From Cyanophora paradoxa CCMP329 (Eukaryota > Plantae > Glaucophyta), in NCBI GenBank assembly GCA_004431415.1, contig QPMI01000081.1, forward strand, positions 22,346 to 86,345: a stretch of 64,000 nt of DNA. The letters are read 5' to 3'. Below, piece after piece: positions 26,318-38,475 of the stretch. Position numbers and translations under genes: made by a program. Position 1 is the stretch's first letter. Each line of letters starts with the position of its first letter. The notes below the pieces were generated by a model. It did not search any database. It saw only the letters and a program-made list of their open reading frames with translations, and had not been told where the DNA came from.

Positions 26318-28544
26318 CGGGGGGCGGAGGGCGGACCGGCGGAGTGGAGGAGATCCTATGGGGCGGAGAGGCGGAGGGGGGCGGACCGGCGGAGTGGCGG
26401 AGGCGGGGGATGCCGCCCGTCATCAGCCGCGACCTAAAGCTAGGGGGTAGCTAGGGAACCGAGATCTAGGATCTGGGATCTAGAAAGGCGGGGGAGGGCG
26501 CGCCGGCGGAGTGGCGGAGATCCTATGGGGCGGCGATCCTATGGGGCGGTCGCGAGGGCGGAGGGCGGGCCTGCGGAGTGACGGAGGCGGTTGTCCAGGC
26601 GCGGGATGCCGCCCGTCATCATATGGGACCGGAGGGGTAGCTAGGGACCGGAGGACCTATAGCTAGGGCGTGGATCTATAGCTAGGACCGATATAAATCC
26701 TAAGCGGTGGATCTAGGATCTGGGACCCCCCGGCGGGAAAGCCCCGGGGCCGTCCAGCCGGGTTGCCCCGCCTCTAACCGGCTGGGCCGGCGCAACCCGG
26801 CGGGACGGCCCCGGATGGAAAGGCGGGGGCGGGGGCGGGGGGCTCGCCTGCGGAGTGGCGGAGGCGGTTGTCGAGGCGGGGGATGCCGCCCGTCATCAGC
26901 CGCGAGTAGTACCGGAACACCTTCACCAGCGACACTGCGGGGGGGGGGGCGGGGCGCGGGCGTTGGGCGAGGAGAAGGCAGGGGAGCGTGGCTAGCTAGG
27001 TAATGAGGCGGCCTTGTGATGGACAGAGAGATAGATAGATAGATCCCAGGTGCGTTATTTAGTGATGAAGGGAGACCCAGATGGCGCCGGGCGGGCCGCA
27101 CCGAAGTGCTGGGCGGAGAGGCCGCGAAGCTATGAGGCGGTCTAATCGATCTTCTAGATAGATCCTAGTTACATTTAGTTCCGATAAACATGAAACCTCT
27201 TATCTCTATGTATCTAATCTCTTCTCACCGAAGTGCTGGGCGGAGAGGTCGCGGACGGCCTGCAGGGCCTCGGCGCGCCGGTCCACCGCCTCCTTCATGA
27301 TCAGGTCCTGGGGTGAGGGGGTGAGGGGGTGAGGGGAGGGGAGGGGAGGGCTGGGCGAGGGCGGGCGGGCGGTGCAGGGGGCACTGGGCCACTCCAGCCT
27401 AGCCGCCCCGGAGAGCTGGAGTGCAACGGACCTGCAGGTACACCGCCTTCCACATCGCTGCGCGGGGGTGAGGGGGGGTTGAGAGGGGCGTGGGGGGGGG
27501 GGGGGGGGGGAGGGGGGAGGGGAGGATCCGTCTTGAGGTTCTATTTTACGCATGTATACGTAAGGTGAAGCGGAGGCAAGGACGCCGGGACGGGGGGGGG
27601 ATGTGTATTGGGAGGGGTGGGGGGAGGGGGGGGGGGTAAGATAGCGGGAAGCTGGGGTACCGTTGAAGTCCTCGTCGGGCTCGTCGGGAGCCACCTCGGG
27701 GATCTCGAGCTCCTCCTCCTGGATTCGAATTCGAATTACTCAGCTTTGAATTTGAATTTGAATTTTGAATGAGATTTGATCCGGCTCCGGCCCGCACCTC
27801 CTCCTGCTCTCTGTCGGGCTCGCGGATCGTTCGGCTCCGCATCGCGCGCATCGCGTCCTCCTGCGGGCGCGAAGCGTGAGGCGGACGCCGAGGCCAGGGG
27901 CGAGCCGCTGCTGGGCCGGCAGCAGCAGCCGGTACTGCTTCTTCTTTCTTTCCTTCGTTCGCACCCGCTCGAGGTCCTCGTACCAGTTGGGGTTCTCCCG
28001 CCTTCTCCTGAGCTCCGCCTCGAGCGGGTCCTCCACGCCCATCGCCTCGATGTCCCACCCTGCGATTTGATCCGCGCCGCGTCGGCGGCGGCGTTCGCAA
28101 GAGCGCCGCAGGGTCGCGCGAGCGCACATCGGAGCCCCTCGTCGAAGTAGTTGCGGTCCCGCCGGACGTGCGCCGTCGCGCGCACGAAGCCCTTACTGAT
28201 CTCCGAGTCCCCGGGGTTCATCTCCGCGGCTGCGCGGCGCAGGCGCGTCGCATGGCGGCCGGAGCGCAGAGACGAGCAACGCGGCGAGGCGAGGCGGGCG
28301 CACCCTTCATGTACAGGCCCGCCCCCGCGCGGAAGTTGTGGTCCGCGAGGTTGAAGACCCCGCCGTGGCGGTACGTTTCTGCGGGCTGCGGCTCAGCGGC
28401 AGCGCGACGGAGGGCTGAAGAGAGTGGAGTTGTAGGAGGATTCTGCCGGGTTCACGCACCGGCATCGTGCCTGACTGTCGCGTACACGGCGCCCCGAGGC
28501 GCCCGCGGCGGCGGCGGCTCGGCAGGGTCCTCCTCCTCCGCCAT
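24055..28544 (-). CDS. Multi-exon protein with two degenerate EF-hand-like helical repeats, possibly flagellar-associated
   Basis: Start MAEEEDPAEPP at 28544. Repeat 1: LVKVFRYYS...FTMSKREFEKLMHDCRV...LLLYEFIQCLVRVAHIK. Repeat 2: LPKLREVYRTYA...IQMREWFALFT...MDLSEFVEGLAR. Stop at 24055. Family resemblance is from memory only. Confidence 0.6.
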
Positions 28545-28821
28545 CGAAGATGCTCTAGCTAAGCACCAGCCGTCACCAGGACTCCTCGCAGCCTCTCAGG
28601 ATGCCGGGAAGCGAAGACTAGCCACCCGCTGCCCTGGCCTTCCTCGATGGCGCAGATAGATGCCACTTGTTCCTCGCTGATCGTGCGCGCTCCTCGCGCG
28701 CGGGGGAGCACCGCTGCAAACGAGCACTGTGCTTTGACTGTACCCCCACATGCCAACTTCCGAACTTCGCGGCTCAGCACGCATCTGCGACAGCTCGAAG
28801 CACGTCCTACGAGCTAGCGAG

Positions 28822-30068
28822 ATGGAGTCTACGGCGTCAACGTCGTGGCGGGACGCTGTCAAGCGCGCCCACCTCACATTTTACAACTCGGTGATGTACG
28901 CCGGCTGGCTTGTCGTGGCCGTGAAGCTGGGCCTCCTCTTCGTCCGCGAGGGCACCGCCGGCCTTCCGAAGGTCCACGACGCCCTCACCCCGACCATTGG
29001 TCCGCCGCCGCGCCGACTCCTGCGTACGCGTGCGTGTCTGAGCTGAGCGAGCGCGCAGTGCTTCTCCAGAAGGGGGCCATTCTCGAGACAGTGCACTCGA
29101 TCCTAGGTCCGCGCACGCGCTCTCTGGCGCCCTGCGTGCCGCCGCGGCCGCCATCGACGCCGGCGCGTGTCAGGCATCTCGCGGTCGCCCGTGATGGCGA
29201 ACGTGCTCCAGAGCTACGGGCGCAACTTCATCCTCTTCTTCTGCATCGACTACGTGCCCGGCGTCGCGCAGGCGAACCCCTACGCCGTCGCCGCCCTATA
29301 CTTCGGTTCGCTCCCGCAGCTGCGACGACGCCGCCCGCCCGCCCGCCCGCCCGCCCGCCCGCCCGCCCGCCCGCTCGCCGTCTGATCCGCGTACTCTCGA
29401 TAGCCTGGGCATGCATCGAAATCATCCGGTGCGTACGCTTTTCGTGTCCCCCTGTGTGGCCCTACGTCCCGCCGACCTGAGCCATTCAGGTACCCCTTCT
29501 ACCTCCTGTCCGACGTGGGCTTCTGCCCCTCTTTCCTCGAGTGGCTCCGGTGCGGCGTACTCCCCCCTTTCCTCCCTCCCGGCCCGAACCCCCCCCCCCC
29601 CCCCCCCAGGTACACCGCGTTCATCCCCCTGTACCCCCTCGGTGCCGGCGCGGAGGGTGGGCTCTTCTTCCGCCCCACCCCCTACCCCTACCTCCCCGTA
29701 CCGCCCGCGCGCCCGCCCGCGCGCCTGACCCGCCGGCCTGTGCAGCCTTCATCCTGTACAAGAGCCTCCCCGCCATCCAGGCGCTCCAAAACGCCGGGGG
29801 GATATGGAAGCTAACCCTCCCCAACATGGCGAACTTTGCCTGGGACACCGTTTACTACTGCTGGTTCCACCTGGTCGTCGCCTACGCCATGGGTACGCGT
29901 TTTCGAGCGTCGGGAGGGGGGTACGCATTCGTCCTAGTCCGTGACCCTCTCGGCCCGCCCGCAGCCTTCCCGCAGATGTACCTCCATATGTTCTCCCAGC
30001 GGCGGCGCAAGCTCGGCGCCGGCCGCGCCGGCGCCGCCCCCGCCGCCCCGGAGAAGAAGACGCAGTGA
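28822..30068 (+). CDS. HACD: Very-long-chain 3-hydroxyacyl-CoA dehydratase (PTPLA/PHS1/PAS2 family)
   Basis: Spliced motifs LTFYNSVMYAGW, LQKGAILETVHSILG, AWACIEIIRYPFY, WLRYTAFIPLYPLGAGAE (catalytic Y and E), FPQMYLHMFSQRRRKL and a C-terminal KKTQ ER-retrieval signal. Confidence 0.92.
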
Positions 30069-30426
30069 CCTAGTTCTTTCTTTCTTTCAAGTAGCATTAG
30101 GAGTACAGGAAGCAGCGACCTATCGAAATGTAACTACGAAATCGATCTGGCAATGTACAGAGCGCGCCCCGCCCGCGGCCGCGGCCGCGTCCGTCGCATA
30201 GGGGCGGCCGCGGCCGTCGCATAGGGGCGGGGCGCGGCGGCATAAAAGCTCTAGCGCTAGCTAACTGAGAAGAAGCTTAAGAAGGCTGGCTAGAAGGAGG
30301 GGCAGGAGCAGAGCCGCGCGAGTTCGCGGAAGGGGCCAGGGCAGGCGGGGGAGAGCCCTAGTCCTAGTCCTAGTTCTAGGCCTGGGCCGAGGCCGAGGGG
30401 GAGGCCGGCGGGCCCTGTAGCTACAG

Positions 30427-31996
30427 CTAGCGGGCGAGCGGGGTCGGGCTGACGACGAGGGCCTGCCGGGCCGCCGCGCGCTCCGTCAGGCGCCGGTCGC
30501 AGACGGCGCGGATCGAGATCAGCTCCTCGTCGCGCATCGCCTGGAGCAGGAAGAGCACCGCCGCGGAGAGGTACCCCTGGTTCTGCGCGCTCTGGGGGGT
30601 ACAACTGCAAGTCAGAACGAAGGTCGGTGCCGGGCCGCGGGCCGCCCCGCCGCCCCGCGGCGCACCGCCCCTGCGGACCTGCAGCCGCTGACGCTCGGCC
30701 TCGTCGAGAGGGGAGTCCGGCGCCCCCTGCACGGGCGTGATGGGCCGCCACCCGTTCCCGTTCTCCTTCTCCGGCGCCCGCGGCGTCGCCTGCCCGTTCA
30801 GTTGCCCATTCGCCTGCCCGTTGGCCGAGGGCGACTGCGGGCGGGGGTAGGCGTAAGGCGCGGACGGGGTACATGAGGCGCGGGGCGGGGCAGCGCGTAC
30901 CCGGTCGAGGGCGGGGGAGGGCGAGGCGCGCCCCGCGGGGGGGCGATCCACGCCGGCCGAGGAGGGGCGGGCGAAGGCGGCCGGCCGCACGGGACTCTCC
31001 GCGCCTCCGGCCGAAGGCGGCGTCGGGCTGAGGCGGCCCGGGGCCGGCGGCGTCGGGCTCAGGCGGTCCTGCGGGGAGTAGCCTCAGCCAGCGCGGGGCG
31101 GGGCGGCGCGGCGCGGATCGGCGCACGGCTTCGGTGGCGGCGGTACCCCGGCCGGCCCACGGGTACACTCGGCCGTTGTCGCCCTTCGGGAGCTGCGCAA
31201 AAGTTAATGAGTGAGTCGAGCTGGGGAATGGGGCTGGAAGGCTCAGACGAGCGAGCGCACAGGCTTGATGAGGTTGCTGCCGTCCGGCTGCTTCGGGCCC
31301 GCTTCGATCACCGGGGGCGCCACGAGAGGTCCCAACTCCCGCGCCTCTTTCCGCTCCTCCTCCGTCACAGCTGCGCGCGCGCGGGGGCGGGCGGGGCGAG
31401 AGCGGTCAAGATTAGAAAAGCTGCGGGAGAGATTGCGTCCGAGGGAAGAAATCAGGCGCACAGTCGAATCCGATGACTTGGATCTGCGGCGCGCCGCGGA
31501 GGACCGCGATGCGGCATGCCTTATTCCCGAGACGGCGGAAGACCGGGTTGCCCTCGATGAAGACCACTCGGAGGCGCTTGCACGAGCCGAGGTGCGCGAA
31601 CTCGCGCTCGTCCGAGATCTGATTGTGGGAGAGCACGAGCTCCTCCAGGAGGGCGACTGCGCGCCCCCGTTGGGCGCGGGCGAGAGAGAGAGAGACACCA
31701 GAAGAACGCTCACGGTTGCGGAACCAGTGCAGGGTGGAGACGTTGTTGTAGCGGCAGTTGAAGACCTTCAGATTCTTCATGTCGGGGACGACGGGGAGCT
31801 GCGGGCGTGCACGTGGGGCAAACCGTCAGACGAGCGCTGGCTGTGCCCCGCGCCGCGGCCGGAGGCCCACCTCATCGACGCGCTCTGCTTCATTGATAAC
31901 GAGGCCGTTGATGAAGGCCTTATCGATGCTCTCCGGGCCGGCGACCTTTTCCTTCAAGTGCCGGTCGTTGTACAGCATGAACGTGAGCGCGACCAT
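30427..31996 (-). CDS. Leucine-rich-repeat protein, CFAP410/C21orf2-like
   Basis: LRRs MKNLKVFNCRYNNVSTL, LLEELVLSHNQISD and LRVVFIEGNPV; LRRcap-like RIAVLRGAPQIQVI...VTEEERKEA; low-complexity linker; C-terminal YLSAAVLFLLQAMRDEELISIRAVCDRRL resembles the CFAP410 C-terminal domain. Confidence 0.72.
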
Positions 31997-32259
31997 CTTC
32001 GCTGGTTATAAACAGCTCTCTCTCGCTGCGCGTGCGTGCAACTCCGGTGTGCTGGGACAGAGCTCCCTGAGGAGGCTGAACGCTGACGACGCTGAGCGAG
32101 CAAGTGCCGCGGTCGAGGCTCTGGTGGCGAGTCATGCTGAGGACCGGAAAGCGATCGGGTGCAAAAAGAAGCGGAGCGGCAGCCGGTCTCCGCGAAGCGG
32201 TGTCTTTGCGTTTTTCGCGTACCCGAGCCCGACTTTTCCCCTGGCTGGGGTACACCGCG

Positions 32260-33886
32260 ATGGCGGAAGGAAGCGGCTCTGCGGCGAAGCAGGACGCCGC
32301 CGCGTGGCGGGCGCAGGTGCGCGGGTCTTCTCCGCGACCGCGCGCCGCCCGCCGACCGCGCGACAGCTTTTCCGAGAAATCGCGGCCTCCACGATAGCTG
32401 GAACGATACACGCGGCAATAGAGCAACCCCTGGTCATTCCAATCGAGGCGGCCATTACGCAGACGCAGGTCAATGGCAAGCGCTTCAGTCAAAACTTCAA
32501 AGGTTCGCGCCGTCGATCGATATCCGGGTCGTCCACGCCGCTCAAGCGCCGGCGCATGAGCGCAGAGCTGTGGAGGCAAAGAGCTCTCTACAGGTCCGCG
32601 ACGCCGGCCGCTAGCTAATGATTCGGTCGGAGCGCGCCCTCACCCGCGCTCCAGGAGCTTGCCCGTCGCAATGGTCGGCGCCGTGCCGAAGCGGACGCTT
32701 CACTACGGCATCCTCGTCTTCGTGACGGATCTCTTCGTTCCGGACGCGGACGGCGACGTCCGCAAGGCGAACCCGGCGCAGGCGGCCCTCGTCGGGACGC
32801 TCACGGGCGCGATGGAAGGTCCGCCCGCCCGCCCGCCGCCGCCCCGCCGGCCGCCCGCTCATCTGACGCCGATGCGCAGTCTGCGTGACCAACCCGAGTC
32901 CGCCCTCGCCCTCGCCCGCGCCCGCCGCCGCCCGCCGTCCCGCCGCTCACGCGCGCCCGGGGCCCGCCCGCCCGCAGTCAACATGGTGAAGTTCCGCCTG
33001 CAGCGGCCGGAGTGGGGATACACGGGCGCATCCGATGCCATTAGGAAGGTACAAGCATACCCCTGGGCGGGCGGGCGGGCGGCGGCGCGCCGGCTCACGC
33101 GCGCGCGCCCGCGCTCTTCAGATATACCACACGGAAGGCCTCTCGGCCTTCTGGAAGGGTTCCATGTGGACCGTTGCAAGGAACAGCATATTCAACGGCG
33201 TCATGATGGCGACGTGCGCGATCCCGTACCCCCCTTTCCCCTCCCTCTCGTCCGCCCCCTCCTTAGCCCCACGCAGCTTCCAGCTGCTGTTCGACGGGCG
33301 GGGCGGCGGTACGCAGCACGTCGCCCGCAACACGCTCGCGGGTAGCTTCGGGGGCGTCATGGGCAGCATAGTGAGGCGCGCTGCCCCCACTGTACCCCCC
33401 TCCGTCTCTCTTGACCCCCGCCCCGCGCCCGCAGCTACCCCTTCGAGATGGCGCGGAGCGCGAAGCAGCACAACGTTAGCTTCAAAGAGGAGATATGGGC
33501 GCAGGGACCCCGCCGCATCTTCTCGGGGTGGGTACCCGGCGCCTGCCGCCTCGTCGTCACCAGCAGGTCCGCCCCGCCGCCCGGATCAAATTCAAATTTG
33601 ATCGCTCGAATCTGATCTGACTCATCTGAGCAGTATCATGGGGTTCCTTCTGCCTCAGCTGAACGCGTTCAGCCGGGCCCTTGTATTCGGGGACCAGCCG
33701 CCCGCCCCGTCCTCCCCTAGCGCCCGCCCCTCCGCCTCCCCCGCCGCGCCAGCCGCGCCAGCCGCGCCAGCGTCGACGTCACCGGCAGTACCAGCAGCAG
33801 CGGCGGCGGCGGCGGCGGCGACGGCAGCGACGGCGCCAGCGACGAGCGGCGGCGGAAGCTCAGGGCCGGCGAGTGGGAAGAGGTAG
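32260..33886 (+). CDS. Mitochondrial carrier (SLC25) family protein
   Basis: Three Px[DE]xx[KR]-like signatures (PIEAAITQTQ, NP.NMVKFRLQ, YPFEMARS), IYHTEGLSAFWKG and LAGSFGGVMG; includes a micro-exon of about 18 nt near 32880. Confidence 0.88.
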
Positions 33887-34350
33887 GCGGGCGCGCGGGC
33901 AGGCCTAGGCAGGCTGGACAGCGCAGCAGGCAGGCAGGCAGCAGGTCTAGGCTCTTTTCATGCAGACGCAGCGCCGACGTGTGACAGGCGCTTGTGTAAC
34001 CTATCGCAGGATTTCAAAAAAGCTAGCTGGATAGCTAGCGCTGGCCGCGGTGGCCTGCCGTCGGCCCTCCCGCCAGGGTCGGCGAGCCGGGGGCCGGGGC
34101 GGGTGGCGCCTGGCGCCCGGCGCCGGCGAGGCCCAGGAGGGGGATTGAAGGCTCGGCAGCCGACCGGGTGGGAGTCGCGGGGCCGGGCGGCCTCGTGTTG
34201 CGGCTCGACCGAAATTTGAAAAGCCACGAGCAGGCCTAGGAAGGCCGGCACTGTGTGGCCGGATCCGGAGGGGTACGCCTGCAGCTGGCCCAGTACCAGT
34301 GGAGCCGTGCAGGAGGAATGGCAGGGGTCCCGGGTAGGGCGGCCGCCCCG

Positions 34351-35723
34351 TCAGGTTGGGCGCAAGTCGAGGGCGGGGGGTACGGGCGCCGCCGGCCGCG
34401 CCGCGGCCCTGTGCCCCACGAAGCTGAGGTACCTGAGGGGGATACCGCTCAAGTCCGGAGAGAATGAGCAAATTAAATCAACAGGGCGCACGCGGTCCAA
34501 AAGACGGAAGCGACGGACAGGACGAGCATCCTGTACTCCGCCGGCAGGAACCCGAAGTTGACCGCTGGGGGGTACGCGCGTCGGCGAGGAGCCGAACGGG
34601 GTACCGGGTACATAGCGGGGTACAGCATTCGCACCGTGGACGGCGGGCCAGAAGCAGAGGGAGTTGAGATAGGAGGGGAGCCACTCGGCTTCGAGCTTCG
34701 CCTTGACCTCCTCCGGGATGCGGCCCGCGTCGCCTTCCAGAGCAACGTCTACGGCGCGCACTGCGGGGACGGGGGGTACGGGGTACGTCGGACCGCCGGG
34801 GGTGGGGGGGAGGGGGGGGGGGCGGCGGGGAAGGGGTTACTGGGGCACCGAAGGAGAGGAAGAGGAAGTTGATGACCGGGGAGAGGAGCGCCGAGTTGAT
34901 GCAGACCTTTCGCGCCACGTTGCCCCAGCCTGCCGCCAGGAGGTCAGGTGGGGGGGGCGCCGGGGCGGGGTGGAGGGGGGGGGGTAGAGGGCGAGAGGAC
35001 AGGACGGCGGGGACTCGGGAAGTCGACGTACCCCCGCTCGTCGGGAACCTCCTGTCGAGGTACCTGTACCCCCGGTGGGCTTCTCGGCGGCCCCGGGGGC
35101 GCCCGGTGGGGGGCTACCGCACCCGTAGAAGAAGTGGCCGACGGGCCCGTTGAAGCAGAAGCCCCACGCGAAGAGCTTCGCGACGCGGCGCGGGTCGTGC
35201 TTCCCCTCGATCCGCTGCGCTACGACGTCGCCCATCGCGCCGATGACCGCCGACTGCACCGCTATGGTCCTGCGCGCGCGCGGCGTCGCGTCGGCCCGAA
35301 AGCATGGCCAGAAAGCGCTAGCTGCGCAGGCAAGCAGAGGCGCGCGCGCGCGAACCGGAGCGGGTGACGGGCCAGCACTTCCTTGTACCAGGACCAGAGA
35401 CCGGAGGGCGAGAAGGAGAAGCCGCCGCCGCTGCTGCCGCGGGAATTCGAATGTGTGCCGTCGGATTCGCCCTCGCCTGCCCCCGAGCTCGAGCTCGAGC
35501 CCTCGCGGCTCTCATTCTGTTCGCCGCTTGCGTGCGCGGTCCGCGTGTCTGCACCTGGACTTGCGCACCTGTCGGCCGCCGCGTCCTTGACGTCGGTTCG
35601 CGCTCGCGCTGTCGCCGCGAGCTGCCCGCTGACAGCGCGGCTGCTTAGCCGCCTGCAGTTGGTCGCTGCTGCCGCTGCTGTGACGCCGCGCGCTCTGCAC
35701 AGCGCGTGCGCGCCAGCCGACAT
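34351..35723 (-). CDS. Mpv17/PMP22 family membrane protein with an N-terminal extension
   Basis: Spliced motifs LWSWYKEVLARHPLRT, GAMGDVVAQRIE, RRVAKLFAWGFCFNGPVGHFFY, SLCFWPAVH, NFGFLPAEYRMLV and YLSF; stop at 34351. Confidence 0.9.
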
Positions 35724-36804
35724 TGCGCCATCCGGCCGCGGCAGGCGCCATTGCGAATGCGAGTCCACCGCGCCCCGCCACGTGCTCGCGCCCAGCCGCG
35801 TGGCGCTCAGCGAGGAGCGCATCGGTCGCCGCTCGAGCTCGAAGGTCGTGCGTCGATATCGTGTACCACCGAAAACTCGGCGAAAAGGGGGGGTACCGGT
35901 GGGCGGTCACATGACTCCCCTCGCGGCGAACGCATAACGTTACCTGACATCGCGACGAACGTTAACGATGTCAGGCAAACGCATAACTCATTTCCTTCAC
36001 CACCCGGCTCGTGTCGATGGCGCCGGCGGACTTCCGCTCCCTCCTGGAGCCTGCACGCAAGCTCCACGCAGCGTCGACCCGTCTGCACAGCGCGGCGACG
36101 ACGGGCCGGACGTTCTGCGTGGGCCCGGCGCCGATTGGCGCCTCGCCCGTGGAGCCTTACGTGCACCGCCTCCTTGCCGCGTACACCAAGCTCGTCGAAC
36201 GTGTTAAGCACGCCGAAGGCATTTTCGCCGACGTGATTAAGCTGCTCGGTGCGTATCATGATCAGTGCCTCCATCCCCGCGGCCGGCCCGGCCCGGTCCG
36301 ATTCGAAGCTGATCGCTCTCGCTGCGCAAAAACCCAGCGAGGACGGGCGTCCACATACACTCGAGCTTCATCAAAAACCATGAGCTTCATCAAAAACCCG
36401 CACGCCTTCCTCTACCTCAAGTCCGACATCGGTGCCCGCCCGCCCGCCCGACGCCGCCCCGCGGCCTGCGCACCGAGCGCCGCGCGCGCAGGGGCGCCGC
36501 TGTGCACCGGCGTGCAGTTCCTCGCCGAGCGCGTCATCGGGCTCTCGGAGGCGGCGCGGGGCGCCTTCTGGGAGCTCGTCCTGCACGAGACCTGCATGGG
36601 GTCCATGGGCCTCCTCCTCTAGATCTGCGCCCTGCGCGAGGGGGCGGCCCTCAAGCGGGCGACGCCGGCCCGGCGACGTGCCTCGGCGGGCGGGCGGGCG
36701 GGTGCCTCGCCGAGTTCTACGCGGGGGCGCTGGTCCTGCTCGCCGGCCCCTGCCCGGAGGGGCTCCGCTGCCCTCGCCGAGCGCCACGTCGACGCCGGCC
36801 GCAC

Positions 36805-37008
36805 GGAGATAAGGGTTGAGGGCCTTATGGGGTGGCGGTCACTGAGGACGCGTAGCGCGAGGAAGTTGACGACGACACGCCCGTCGAGGTGCTCGCGCTT
36901 CGCGCCTCGAGGTCAGAAGATAGAAGGCCGCCGCTCCGCCCAGGAGCCCGCCTCGCGCTACGCGTCCTCAGTGACCGCCACCCCATAAGGCCCTCAACCC
37001 TTATCTCC
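36805..37008. mobile_element. 204-bp Mutator-like MITE
   Basis: 58-bp perfect TIRs GGAGATAAGGGTTGAGGGCC...GCGCGAGG at 36805-36862 and 36951-37008; 11-bp TSD GCCGGCCGCAC at 36794-36804 and 37009-37019. Confidence 0.88.
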
Positions 37009-37555
37009 GCCGGCCGCACGGTGCCCGCCCGCCCGCGCCGGCCCGCCGGCCCGCCGGCCCCCGCGCTCACCGGCCCCGCAGCTCGACGGGTCGAGGCTCC
37101 CCAGCGACATCGCCGACGGCATCTCCAAGGCGTTCGTCGGGCGCAACCGCAACAAGTTCATCCTCGCCGTCGAGGCGGTGCGCCCGCCCCGCCGGCGCGC
37201 CCCCCGGAGCGCGCCGACGCGGGCACACTGCGGCAGCGGGTCGGCTTCCTGCCGCTCAAGGCCCGCGACGCGCCGCGGAGCGTCTTCGACCTGCTGAGCC
37301 ACCTGAAGGCCCTCGCGGGGCTGGTCAAGATCCGCCCCGGCGAGCCGGAGGACTGGCTCTTCGACCCGCCCCGCCCCGGCGAGCAGCAGGTGGAGAAGCC
37401 GGCGGCGCTCTTCGGGAGCGAGGCGGGCAAGAGCCTGCTGCTCCTGCGCATGCCGCTGGTCGTGGCGGAGATCTGGACCGACGAGCTCTCAGTCTTCGTC
37501 CGCTTCCTCGGGGCCCGGCCCCCGCCTGGGCCGCCTGCCGCGCCGCCGTCCTCGA

Positions 37556-37631
37556 CGCCCTGTCAACTTCCGCCTCGCGCTACGCGTCCTCAGTGACCGC
37601 CACCCCCCTAAGGGCCTCAACCCTTATCTCC
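37556..37631 (-). mobile_element. Solo TIR of the same MITE family
   Basis: Reverse complement of the MITE left end, including subterminal AAGTTGAC, ending TTATCTCC; flanked by a 14-bp direct repeat GCCGCCGTCCTCGA at 37542-55 and 37632-45. Confidence 0.85.
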
Positions 37632-38475
37632 GCCGCCGTCCTCGAGGCCGTTGTGCGCGCCCCGCCGCCCCCCGCGCCTCGCGCCGCCGCCGACGCGGCG
37701 CAGGGCCAGGCGGAGGTGGACAGGGCTCGCCAACCTCTCCGCGCAACCTAGGCGTGCTTCCGTTCAAGAAGCGGCGGCGTCCCCCGTTCTCGAGGCGCAG
37801 AAATGCGCGCACCTCGCGGGCGCTGTCGTACGTCAGTTCCCGTCAACCTCTCCGCGCACGCCGACCCCATCGCCCTGCGGCTGCGCGTCGCGGCGGCCTC
37901 CGGTGCGCCCCCGCCCCCGGCGCCACCGCCGCCGACCGCGCCGGCCCCGCGCGCAGCCCGGGAGGAGTAGGCCGCTCTTCTTCCTCCGGAGCCTGCAGCT
38001 CGCAGTGTACACGGCTCTCATCGAATCCTCCGAACCCTGTAGTTCCGAGTCAGTTCTCATTTTCGAGCCCATTCTACTCATATGCGTTCACGTTTTACCT
38101 CTTAAGCTCTTTTTATAACATATACTTATTATAACTATGTAAATCGCGATCGTCTTTTGTGTACATCTTGTCCTCAGATATTACTTACATCGCCCACCGT
38201 ATATGTACATGTGCCATGTATAGCTTCGATCGATCATGATCAGGCGATTATTAGTTCCTGCAATAGCTAGCGCTGTTATTTTCACGCAATACTATGATAG
38301 CTAAAATGTATTAATGCAGAATGAATACTGCTGATGAATCTTATAATGCCAGAAGAAGAACTGCAAATGCCATGATAAAGATTATAATTAAATATAATGC
38401 TTGGAACATTCGAATTAGCGCTGCCACAGCTGCAGCTATATAGCTAGCTCCCAATCGAGCAGCTCGCGAGCCACA

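Larger units (their letters stand above)
36017..37970 (+). pseudogene. Probable pseudogene of an unknown protein
   Basis: Coding-like spliced exons (MAPADFRSLLEP..., GVQFLAERVIGLSEAARGAFWELVLHETC, VGFLPLKARDAPRSVFDLLSHLKALAG), but with an in-frame TAG at 36620-22 and two exonic element insertions. Confidence 0.6.

Noticed and set aside
36810-36835. Telomeric repeat (TAAGGGTTGAGGG)
   Set aside because: Only two or three degenerate units, and they are part of the MITE TIR.
36838-36866. Hammerhead ribozyme in the MITE TIR (CTGAGGA-CGCGTAGCGCG)
   Set aside because: The required GAAA after stem II is absent (GAGG), and stems I and III could not be formed.
36805-37008. MITE acting as an Introner (spliced out cleanly)
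   Set aside because: No GT/GC...AG pair at the ends that restores the frame was found, and the host gene also has an independent in-frame stop.
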